DNA from: Phallusia mammillata
Taxonomy: Eukaryota
DNA length: 64,000 nucleotides
NCBI GenBank assembly: GCA_965637545.1
Contig: OZ281498.1
Span: forward strand, 4,402,001 to 4,466,000
Reading direction: 5' to 3'
Both the position numbers and the translations under genes were made by a program. Below the pieces are notes generated by a model. That model had not been told where the DNA came from. It worked only from the letters and a program-made list of their open reading frames with translations, and ran no database searches. Below, piece after piece: positions 50,332 through 61,900 of this stretch. Numbering within the stretch: position 1 is the stretch's first letter; each line of letters begins with the position of its first letter.

Positions 50332-52344
50332 ATGAATATGATTATGTGGTGTATCATTTATTGGAATGTGCTATCTAGTATTTGTTTGGCATACAACTGC
50401 AGTTTAAAACTACAAAAAGATGAATATTATTGCACCAATGATGCTGAACAAGCAAACTGCCTTGAATTCCTTGCCCACCAACAGCATTTAAAATCTAACA
50501 CAAAAGCGAATGGTATTTCATCATCCTCTTGGTTTATACTTTGCTACTTTGCTGTTTCAAGTGAATTTGCTACAAGCCAGTGCAGAATACAACTTCCTGC
50601 TGGACCTGTAAAATGTACTACAGATAATAGTACTCCCAGCTCAATTAAGAGAAACTGTACAACTGTTCTAATGTACTTTTCTAAGAATGCAATATTTGAA
50701 GTAAAGAATGATGTAGATAAAACTGTATATAGTAAGTTTTAAGTTTTTTTTGGATTTGCCTAATTTTAGTGCAATTAGTGTGTAGTGCATTACAATTTTT
50801 ATTTATCCTAGGCACATTTAGGACAGTTTTTCTTAAACTTTTTCTTCACTCCTACCTTCCTATGTATAAAAATAACAACAATAGCCGAGGCTAACCCACT
50901 GCCACAAGTAATGGTAGTCAATATTTAAAAACAACTGAAGTATGAGTGGGTTCCAGTAAAAAAAGACTGGTGGTAATAGGTATAAACAATATAGTTAAAT
51001 GCCCAAAGTTGAGGTTAAAAAAACAATGCCATCACAGCTAAACCAAAGTGTTTTCAACTTTTATGATAGAGTTATTCTGTGCCCAAACAATAAGCCATAA
51101 AACATTCTCAGAATCAGTGCAGTTTGTGGTTACAGGGAAACACAATCAGTTTACAGGAGAAAATGAAATTTACTTCAAGAAGTTTTTAGGTTACATGCAG
51201 ACCAGCAAGAGGGTGATCTTCACTTAAACCTAGTCACATACCGATAAAAGACCAAATCAAAGGCCAAAGATGCAGTGCAAGAAAGTTACAATGACATGCA
51301 AAGTCTTAGAATCAATTTGAAAGTGTTTAGTTTACAAACAGTTTGATAACTTCTGCAAGGTTTGCAGTATTTCGAAAACAAGGAAATTAATGTGCCTTGT
51401 GTTTTTTTAGCCTATTGTCATCTATGACTTTATGATGGTTTATTTAGTTCATTTATTTCTGTTAAAGTTCAACCAGCCAGTTACATTTTTTTAAATGGGC
51501 TCAATGTATGTTTACTTGTATTTTTTCACTCCAACATTTTTTGCACCTTTTTTTGATTTAAAAAATCAGTTTTTGTTAAATATTTTTTTTTGTTAAAGTA
51601 TAAAGTGCTTTGCATATTTATAAATATAGTCTTGTCAGCTGCATTTAAAAGAAAAACTGTCTTTTTGTTTACCAAAAAAAGTTTGGGAACATGTTTCCCA
51701 ATGTTTTTTTTTTACCCCACTTGACTATGTGATAAAAGCTATTTTCTTGTTGGTGATTTTTCCAAGTTCATTATGATTAGAATACAATTTTCCAACCAGG
51801 TGGTGAAAAATGTGGCCATCTTTTTGAAAGGTTCAAAAAACAAACACCTTGTTCAGAGTCTCCAGCTTTGCATGTCGCAGACAGAGCGATTGCTGGCAAT
51901 TATCCATTTTCAAACTGGACCAAAATGTAAATGATTGTCTAAAACCCAGTTTATTAAAACTATACCTAATGTGAAATAAATTAGTTTTGGGTTACAGATG
52001 GATACCTGAAAAGATGATCTCTTGTGGATCAGTTGTTGTTGTTTCTATAGTCATCTTTCTTTTATTGTCTGGTTTGGTTGGATGCACCATTTTAGGAAGG
52101 AAAAGAATGAAATTTGTTCCTCCAAAACCAGGCGAAGATAAATTAGAATTACAGCTTGTAAGTCAATATTGGACTGCTTTTTATTGTGTTCGTGGTAATT
52201 GGTTGAGCAATGATGCCTAGTATGTGGCTGTGTGTGTTATGTGTTAACTTTTGTGTGCAGGACCATCTTCTTCAAACTTCCGAATTGTCTCATGGTCAGT
52301 TTTCTGAAACTGAGCTTTCAGAAACCATTTGCGGGAGTAGATGA
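50332..52344 (+). CDS. Uncharacterised Cys-containing type-I membrane protein, paralog A (about 256 aa)
   Basis: Exons 50332-50731, 51800-51926, 51998-52157 and 52261-52344 (phases 1,2,0). Signal peptide ending ..ICLA|YNCS, TM VVVVSIVIFLLLSGLVGCTIL followed by GRKR. Confidence 0.8.
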
Positions 52345-52828
52345 TGTTTTTATTCTTTCAAAGTAGAAAATGTAGAAAATGCTGCTTCCAAAAAAAATCA
52401 GAAAAATGCAATTTTTAATTAAAAAATATATTTTTAATTGAAATTAAAAACTTGTCGAAGAGTATAAACAATGATGGATTTTATGGCATGCACTTTTGTC
52501 TTGCACTTCTATAACAATGATATTTTACACCTTTATCTGTGTTGAAATTGTTGTTTACTGTTTGGTGTATCCAAGGGCAAGAATCCAAACATTTAATCAT
52601 TACAAATTCTTTACCAGTATAAAATTGTGCCAATGGAAAACAATATTTCCCTTTTTGTGTGTTTCGTTTTATTTACATGCAAGGTATTATTTGCATTATC
52701 CTTCAAAGTTCAACCGTTTTTAATGTGGATACTGTAGTTAAATCTGTTTTAACATTGCCACTTTTCTTTTTTTATGCAAGTGCAACCCTTAGGTATATAA
52801 GATCTAATCATGAAAATTTGGAAAAGTT

Positions 52829-54302
52829 ATGTGTTTCTGCACCAAATTTATAGTGTGGCTAGTAGTTATATGTAACGCCATTCCCTTCACCAGAGGATAC
52901 AACTGCTCTAGCTTCATTTTGCAGGAGAATAAAAACTTCTGCAATGTTGATTTGGTGAATGCAAGCTGCCACATAAATGCTGCTCTTGAATACCGTGCCA
53001 CTCAAACTAACTATTTACCCCTTTGGGTTGAGATGTGCTTCTTCCAAGTGCCCCAGTGGTTTGACACCAATGTGGCAGATTTCCAGTGTAATATTGAGTT
53101 GGATGCAGGCCCTGTAAGATGCAAGTTAAAACCACAGGCCCCACATCTATCAAGTTTGTCTTCATTTGAAAGCAACTGCACTATAGTTTTGCTCTGGCAG
53201 GACAAGGTCCAATTTCCAACAGCGCATATTAAAGATATTGTTTTTGGTAAGTTGGCATTAAGTTTACAAGAAACTAGCATTCATATAAGCTGCTGATCCT
53301 TGTGTATGTTGAAATATTGCTATATTTTTATTCACCAACAAATTGAATGATGCGATGGCCTACATTTTTCAGATAAATGTGCCCAAAAATTTCAAACGTT
53401 TTGGAGTTCAACAGATGTGATTTACATGGCTGATCGATATCTAGCCTCAGTTGATATTCCCTTTAGCAACAGTTCAATGTGGATGCGGATTGAAAACACA
53501 CAGTAAGTCTTTATATGGTGTTTTGTGATTTTTTACTGACTGATCATGATAGGGCTTAACCCCAAATTTCTCTCATTTTTATCATTAGTATCGAAAAAAT
53601 TATCTGAGCTTACGATAACAACACCAAATCGACACAGCGAAATGCAAATATCAATATATCTTGAATTCAATGTTTCAAATTTTTTGGTTTACTTCTAATA
53701 TGAAATGCTTATAGGATTGAGACATTTTTACAGGTGGATTAGGGTTAGTTTCAAGTACAGTAAACATCGGTTAATCCGGACCCGTTTGGATCAAACATTT
53801 TTTCTGGATTAAGTGATGTTGATTAGTTAAAGTTTTACCATATTACAAATCATTTGTAAGCTTTGTCCGAATTAAGTAAAGATCTGGATTAACTAATTCT
53901 GCTTTAACTCAAGTTTACTTTATATTTATAATAAACATGTAATATGACGTTGGGTATATCAGTGACAATGTGGCAAAGTCACTTGTCTTTGTGATTAATT
54001 AAATTCATGACTAATTTTTTTCAGTCCATCTGCGTGGAGTGGTGTGACAATTGCACTATTGGTGGTTGGTTGTATTGGTATTGTCCTTGGCCTTTTGTTC
54101 TGCACACATAGAGTCAAGAAACAGCTTAAATACTTTAAACGCGCCAATGACATAGACGAAAGTGACAGTGTCATCAAACATTTGGTAAGTTTCTCAACAA
54201 CAAAATTTGGGCAGTTATGTATCCTTTACACAGGATTTGTTCAGGACAAAGTCATTTCATCTCCTGATGAGTTTGGAGTCCATAATATTTCAGAACCTTT
54301 AG
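52829..54302 (+). CDS. Uncharacterised Cys-containing type-I membrane protein, paralog B (about 258 aa)
   Basis: Exons 52829-53246, 53373-53502, 54025-54184 and 54234-54302 (phases 1,2,0; TM exon is 160 nt, as in paralog A). Signal peptide ending ..TRG|YNCS, TM VTIALLVVGCIGIVLGLLFC followed by THRVKK. Confidence 0.8.
53758..53920. mobile_element. Degenerate Tc1/mariner-pogo-type MITE
   Basis: TA|CAGTAAAC...GTTTACTT|TA with repeated TTAATCCGGA/TGGATTAA motifs. Confidence 0.6.
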
Positions 54303-54825
54303 ATGAAGTGGAGTGACTTGCTGGGATAAAAATACGATCAGTGTTAAAATAGTTTACGCAACCAATCAGGTGCTCTTTTAAAAAGGTTTATGCCCTTTTC
54401 ATGTGTTTTACCTATCTGCAGTTCTTTTCAGTCCATTGGTTTCAAAACATTCTTGCCATTGAGTGATTGATTCTTTCCTCAATTCACAAGAGATGTCGTT
54501 TACCACATTTCCCCAGTACTAAGTATTACCTGTTCGTCAATGACGTCATAGCATTTCCTAGTACTGTGCTGCGCCAGGCGCTGGAAACTTGTATACCTAC
54601 AGTAATCCGTTTCGTGTGCTTAGGATTGTTTGTGTTTAAAGCGGTGCCACGATGTTTTTTGTCCTGATTTACCATGGTGTTTTTTATTACTTCGTACAAA
54701 AACTTTCATTTTTAACAAAAAGGGCACATGCAAACAAATAAGTACAAACGTTTTTCACTGAATTAAATTAGACACTGAAATTTCGTGTTTAAGTAAACAA
54801 GTCAAATTGCTCGGTTCACCTAGTT

Positions 54826-55133
54826 CAGTGGTTCCCAAACTTTTTTCTTTTAAGGCGCATTTTAGAAAAAACAAAAATTATTTGGCACACTTCGAACATT
54901 TGAATAAAAAATATATTGACAAAGGCACTAACTATGAGGTCATAAAGCCGCTATACAGGTCACTCTCATAGTTAAATAGCCTAGTTGAACATCTCAGAGA
55001 CGTGGAGCATGTTGGCCTAGTGGTCTAAGCACCTGGTACTACTACTCTACTTGATTGATTTTAATTTCAATATTTTTTGCGGCACACCTAATGACATCTC
55101 GCGGCACACTGGTGCATAGTTTGGGAACCACTG
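54826..55133. mobile_element. Non-autonomous hAT (Charlie-like) MITE
   Basis: TIRs CAGTGGTTCCCAAAC / GTTTGGGAACCACTG, TSD ACCTAGTT / ACCTACTT, subterminal GCGGCACAC motifs. Confidence 0.9.
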
Positions 55134-55984
55134 ACCTACTTTGTGTGGTCCATTTATGTTAAATACGGCTGGTAACCAAACGATACAGAAATAGTTTTAC
55201 GTCTGTTGGGACAGAATTCAACGGCTAAAAAGGAGCGTAAAAAAGCTTTTTTTGTCAGTAAGGGACACAATAAAGTACCACTTTTGGTCAAGATTATATT
55301 TCAAAAAACTGGAAAACATAGGCCCTTTTGTTAAGCCGTTTAACTTCGACTGTGTTTTGTTATGCGTTTCAGTATAAACAAAGTTTCATTGATCCCTATT
55401 GTCCCTTGTTATACTACATTCGACTTATTGTGCATCCCCATAAAAGCACACAAGAACAACATAAACAACAACAGTTTTTTGATTTATCTTTTGCCTGTAG
55501 TCACGCGTCAGTTGCCCTCGACGGGTGATCTTGTGGGATGTGTTTTTCGCGATCGCCGATTTCTTCCATTAATTTCAGTCGGGAGATTCAGAGAAGGTGA
55601 CAGCTGATCAATTCTGAGGCAACAAACACAGATTTATGTCAAGCAGAAGTAACCAACCTTGACAATTTCAAGCGTGCGGTTTGCGATTAGGGTTTGGTCC
55701 CCCGAAAATCCCGGGATTTAAAGCTTAAAAGATTTTTTTGAATCCCCATCCTGGGATTATTTTTGTTGAAATACCGCGATTAGAACCTAGCTTATATTAC
55801 TTAATGGGGATGCGTGTTTGTTCAATTGAAGAAAACTTTATATTGTGGCAGCTGCGGCATACAGTTAAACTTCAAGTTGCGCGGTAAACTGAGGAGATAA
55901 AAAACGATGGTTGCATTGCGGTGTCTACTACCATTGCATTAAACCGCTTGTTGGTTCGTGCACCCGACCTGCGCTGTTCGTGTT

Positions 55985-58900
55985 CTATATGTTTCTACAT
56001 TCGCATATTTCCAACCTTAGGGTTTTCACGACCGTTTCCTTATCCTCTGTCACTGCAATGTAGTGTTTTTGTACTAAAGTAGCCTACCTACTATATTATG
56101 CTATGTTCCGTTTCTTTATGCGCAGAAAATAAATTTATACAATGCAAATTATACATTGGTTTGATACTTTATGAAGAAAACTATAATACAAGTCATTTTC
56201 TTACCTTTCGGAAAGTACTTGGATCTGCTGGACAAGTTGAAACACTGTATCATGCATGCGAGCTTGAGTTTTTAAATACGCACGGCATGAGCATCCTCCA
56301 GGTATTGAACTGAGCGTGGTAGCCTAAATATGTTTTGTGTAAAGTGTGTAAGCTAAGGAGCCGTAAAAAAAAGATTATTTCCTTGAAATCTAAAATAGCA
56401 CTCTTTGGTGGTTTCTAAGGTCTGGTGCGAGCCGCAAAATAAGTAGTTGGGAGCCGCGTTTGAGAATCACTGCGTTAGAGCCTCGTGGAGCCATTTGTGT
56501 CCATAACCAGCGGGTATAAGGAAAAACACATATATTGTCTGATTTGTACAAACATGGTGAGCTTTGACGCAAACTTTGTTCGGCAAATTGAATGAAACTT
56601 TTGGGTCCTAACAATTTGGCTGATCAAATATCGCATTAAAGCCCTCCAGTTTGACAATATAGCATGTGTTTTTCCCCAAACCCGCTGTGTTACTTTGGAC
56701 ACAAAATGGCTCTATGGCGTAACAATTGAATGGACAACTTGTGTTTTATATTGATTTTAGGGTAGTGTAAACTTACGGTTCCCGTTATCGAATTGCTTTT
56801 GCTATTGCCTGGGTATCGGGCAAACACTGTGACGTTGTAGGTGGTTTCAGGAACGAGCTCTTCAAGCCTACCACAATCACTGATTAAATATTGAGTTAAC
56901 GCAACCATGCACATGCTACTTACAATAAAAAGCTGTTTATGACGCCTTGCATTGTCAGTGGTACTGAACCAGGCGAGGAGTATGTTACAACATAACTAGA
57001 TGGCACAACGTCACTTTTGGGCACCATCCAGCTAACAAGGAAGCTACTTTCTGTTAAATCAGAGAAAGCCAAGGGACCGATAGGGGGCAGTGCAAGTGTA
57101 GTAACTGTGTCACTGGACTCATTCGAGCTGCTGCTTGACGAATAAACCGCCACAAGCGTAATACGGTACGTTGTTGCCGAAGAGAGGTCTCTAGAACAAC
57201 AATAAACAAATGTTAATCGCAGAAAACGTTAAAAAATACAAACTTGATCTTTAATGGTTAGGGATCAAAATTAACGTAGCTGCATACACGAAGGAGGGTT
57301 AGTTATTTGCAATGGGTTTTATTTAGTCTCATTATATAGGCCATAGGCAATATTGTCAACCTGAAGGTAAACATGTTTGTGTTATTGGACACAGTAAACT
57401 CTGCGACCACATTCTGCTTGGACAAGGGATGAATAGTCAGTACGTAGTGCTGTGTATTCTCTGCTCTCGACATTGTCCACGACACATTGATGGTGTAATA
57501 ATCCACTCCATTAATCTAAAAATAACGAGCTGCATTATGTCTATCTACGAAGGTTATTTTCAATTGTACCGTAAGTAATATGACATCGTCCAGTGTTTTT
57601 CCCGAGCTTGTCTGAGGTTGTGAGTGTTCTCCATTAATCACTGCAGTTACTTGAACATTGTACCAGGTGCTTGGGATAAGGTCTTCCAAAAGCAGCCTAT
57701 ACTCAAAATTAGATAGGAATTTTATAATGCCTTCAATGGAACACACTTACCTCAAAGACTTGTAATAAAATAGGAACAAAATATTTCGAAAATAGCAAGT
57801 GACTTACGTATTTAGATATCCCGGTACAACGACAGTTTGCGTATCGCTTAGCGATGAGTGGTAGGTCACGTGGTACTCGATGACGTCATTGTCCATCTGT
57901 GGAGGCAGCCACTGCGCCAACAAACTTGTGGGTGATGGCTGTAAAACATGAAGAAAAAAAATTAGTTGTTTTACCCCATGTTGATGTTATTGTTTTATCC
58001 TGAGCGCAACCAGATAAATGACATTTACCCACTTCAAAAATAATCGAATATGACCTCACGGTACTACGAAATGATAAAACAATTACCCTTTGCAAACGAT
58101 AAATTATCCATATTAGGGAAAAATTTCCCTTGAAGGTTCAGAATCATTGTCATATTGCAACACCATGTAGAGCTTAGTACATTTAGCAAAGTGGTGTCTT
58201 CGGTGTGATTTCAATTAATATCTTCACTTATACCTAGGTCACAGTTTTCTGCTAACTGTGGAAGCATGATCAAAATGGCCACTTACTTCCAAAAGAGTCA
58301 AACCGCGTGGTGCAGGGGACAAAGTTTTGTTGACTGTTGAAACATGCGAGCTTTCCATGTCTCTGTAAAACAACTCTTATAGTAATCACGATGTCAAAAT
58401 TTTTGCCATTATATATGTATACGCAACCTGTAGATAGTCCACACAAACATGGTGTAATTGGTAGCAGGTTTCAAACCGTCGCAGCGTATCTCGTAGTTTG
58501 GTGGATCCTGCAAAACATAATCTTCAGGAATAGCAAAAAAATCGACACAACCCTTTTTGTATGTAACGAATAAACCCACCCCAGTAACTGTTGCTATCAC
58601 CGCGGTTTTATCTGGAGTGCTTGCCACACATTCTGCCTCATATCTGTCAGCGTCTCCACGCGAAGACCGAAAGCTTGCTACGAGATATGTGAAGCCTCTG
58701 TCAGTGACTCGTATGTTGTTCGGAGGTGCTGGCACTGCAACAGACGAGCGGGTAAAATAATATAAACGGACGCCCACTTTTTACAAACACTGAGCGATAG
58801 GCTCTGCTAAGTGCGAACTGATTTCTACACAGAGTTAGGAAACTGTTGTTTGCCAACATTGTCCCGGTTACCTTCACTAAAGCAAAAAAAGTCAGTGCCA

Positions 58901-61900
58901 TTTAGTAATTGGCAAATAGTTATGTTTTAAGGCGTTTGTGCACAGATAAACTGTACACTCATTGACAACAGTATTCCAAAGAACGGCCGGCAGAGGGCAG
59001 ATACATCTAACGTAAACGGCCGCTTTGGTGGTTTTTATTAACACCAATAAAGTTGTATCAAAACAAGTAAATGTTCCAGCTGTCTAATGACGAGAATAAT
59101 GAACCAAATAGACGTGTCAATAAACGGGTGCAACTGATATGATCCCTCATATCATCCACGATGGCATGAGCGTTTGCCGAAACGTTTGAGTGATAAAGCA
59201 TGTAGCCGTTGACGTTTATTTAGGCTGTTATTATCGTCATCAGACATGAAGAGATCCGAGTATAGTGTTCCAAATATCGGATGTTAATATAAACAGTTTT
59301 TGCAGTAATACCAGCATCTTGCTTTCTAATAAATACTTGTAATTGCTGTGTCTCTTCCTGGATCGCTGTTAAAGGTTTTTCCATTTTCGCGAACATGGCC
59401 GATCACTTCCACAACGTACTGCGTAGCGGGACGAAGTTGCTGGAATGTCGTCGTACGCTCGTTTGCATCCACTTCCACAGTCTGTAATAATGATAAATGA
59501 CTTACGCATTGTTCTACCAAATGCTTATGACACATGCATTCTGTCGCCTTTACCGAAAAGTGTCAACCAATTGTGTATTAGTTTTATTTGTGTGCATTAT
59601 GGTAGATTTGAAACTTTATCTATAGATAACATTCTTAACGTACCTCGACATGGCGGTTTCGTCCCTTCGGAAAAATGCGAACAGTCCAATAATCTACAGG
59701 ACAGTTAATGTCACGCCAATCAACAGTCAACGTGGATTGCGTGGTATTGGTAATATTCACCAATGGTTGATTCAAGGATTCTAGAAAACAATGTTAGGAA
59801 ATATTAGAGTGAATTTTGTAATTTGTCAGTTGTGTTGTATACACATAGGGGGAGGCCAAACATGTCGTTTGACGTTGTCATCAAACCAGAACTTACGTGT
59901 GACGCCAGTTGCACTTCCGGCAAGACTGTCAAATGTTTCTCCACGTTCAATCACGTGACCAGTCAATTGCACAGAATACCTGGTTGATGGCAAGAGATCA
60001 TTGAACCGGAACTCGTTCATGTCGCCGCTTATTTTAACCGACTGTTAAAAAATATCATGTCAAACCAGCTAAAAAAACGTAATATGTAAAGGTAAGTAAT
60101 TGCGAACCCTCGTTTGTCCTGTGATATCTGAAGTGATAACAGCAGTCCAGGCTGAAACTGCATAACTGATATTTCCCCATGCTGCTTCAAGGCTCGAAAG
60201 TGTAGTGTTGACAATATTTACTTTCGGAGCACCAAGGCGATCTGCAGAAAATAAGCGCAGATTTGTAACCCTATTTCTATATTTTTGCTTTTACTTTAGA
60301 TTTAACCTGTTTTTTCTTCGTCCATTCCGGTTGTCCCAGATAACGTCCCATACAGAGGGATCACTTTTACAGCGTAAGGGGTGTTTGGTGTCAATCCAGT
60401 GAGTAGCAGCTGATGAGTATCCGCCCCAACGAGGCGTACGATTGCCTTTAAAGTAAAGTTTAAGTTTATCAAGCAATCGGTGCATGCTCATTTAGTGCAA
60501 TATTACTTACCACAGGCGGGGGACCTACACCCGCCGAACTGGGATCCATTTTCCGTTGGTACCTGATCTCGTATCCAGTTAAACCGTGTCCTCCTGCTGG
60601 CTCCCAATTGGCTGTCAAAGTCGTCAGCGTTGGGTTGCTTAGAGTCACCACCGTGTCACCAAGCGATACTACAAAATGTTTAGTGGTTAAAAAGTTATAA
60701 TAGGCAAGCTATATTTAAGGTACCTACGAGCGGTAAATGCTCCTGTAACGGGCCTGGATAAATCCTCCTGTGTTGCAGCTCTAACCGACACGTTGTACGC
60801 TACAGAAGGGTCTAAATCAACCAGATCGGCACTTCTATCAGCTTAAGAAAAAGTACATGAGTTGAGTTTATTTCCTCAGTTTCTTAGCACTTATATCCGA
60901 GTCCAGCTATTATCAAGCTATGTTGATCATTCTTGCTTGTACATGTATTTTATGACTGTTGGCCTCAAAATACAAAAGACAGATCAACATAGGTGCAGAT
61001 TTACATGTATTGTGATATGTTTGTGTTGAGAGTTGCCAGCAGGCGCTCAATTGTTGGCCTCAACCCGACGTTTCGGCACAATTAAGGCCCAAAAGTTTTA
61101 TCAAAATGAAATTATGACACCAATGAGGCGTATAGTGTGGAATCGGACCCGAATCAAGGTGGTTATTAAAACCCAACTTAAATACAGCAGCCTAGTTTTT
61201 CACATTTAGCAAGAATACTGCGTTAGCTTACTGATCTGCAAAAGAGTGTTTTCGCCTTCGCCGTCAGCTCGAGTGTAAACAAAAAGATAGTGGCTGATGA
61301 ATCTTTCGTCGTAGTCGCCGATTTCCCAACTGGCTTTGGCACTGGTATGCGTAATACGGCTGAACCTCAAATTGCTTGGGGTTGGTGCAGGCAAAGCTAG
61401 AGCGGTAAAATAGTGCGTTTACACTTAAGTTTAGCATCGGTAAGTAAAAACTACATCGAAACTATTATACGTTTTGTATGATTGTTTTAAAACGTTAAAT
61501 TACATTGTTGAACACCTACCAATGCAGTTCACTTCGCTGTGGTCCAATTGCATATTGTTAGGACAAGAACAGACAAATGTCCCGGGTGACTCCACACTAC
61601 AACTATGCGAGCAAGGATCAGCAAGACAAGGGTTCATTTCTAGTGAAAACACGAGTAACTTTAGATTGGAAATTAAACAATATTTACTACACTGATATTC
61701 ACACGAGGAAAATATTTTATGGGGGAATTGTCTAGTTCAGGGGCGGGCAACATACGGCCCGCGACGGGATTTTGACCGGCCCGCAGACAGTTTCCGGGTC
61801 ATACATGGTAATGTGGCCCGCGGCCACGGTCTGCCGCAATCCCCCACTACTTGCATACTACGTCAAATTATAGTTGTAACGGACAGTAACGCTCCCCAAT

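Noticed and set aside
54044-54316. ORF-track C-terminus ...SEPLDEVE for paralog B
   Set aside because: It reads through an intron. The phase-0 splice 54184 to 54234 gives DLFRTK...QNL*, paralleling paralog A's last exon.
55695-55790. Small TAGGG...CCCGGGATT...CCTA hAT-like relic
   Set aside because: Termini are too degenerate and no TSD could be confirmed.
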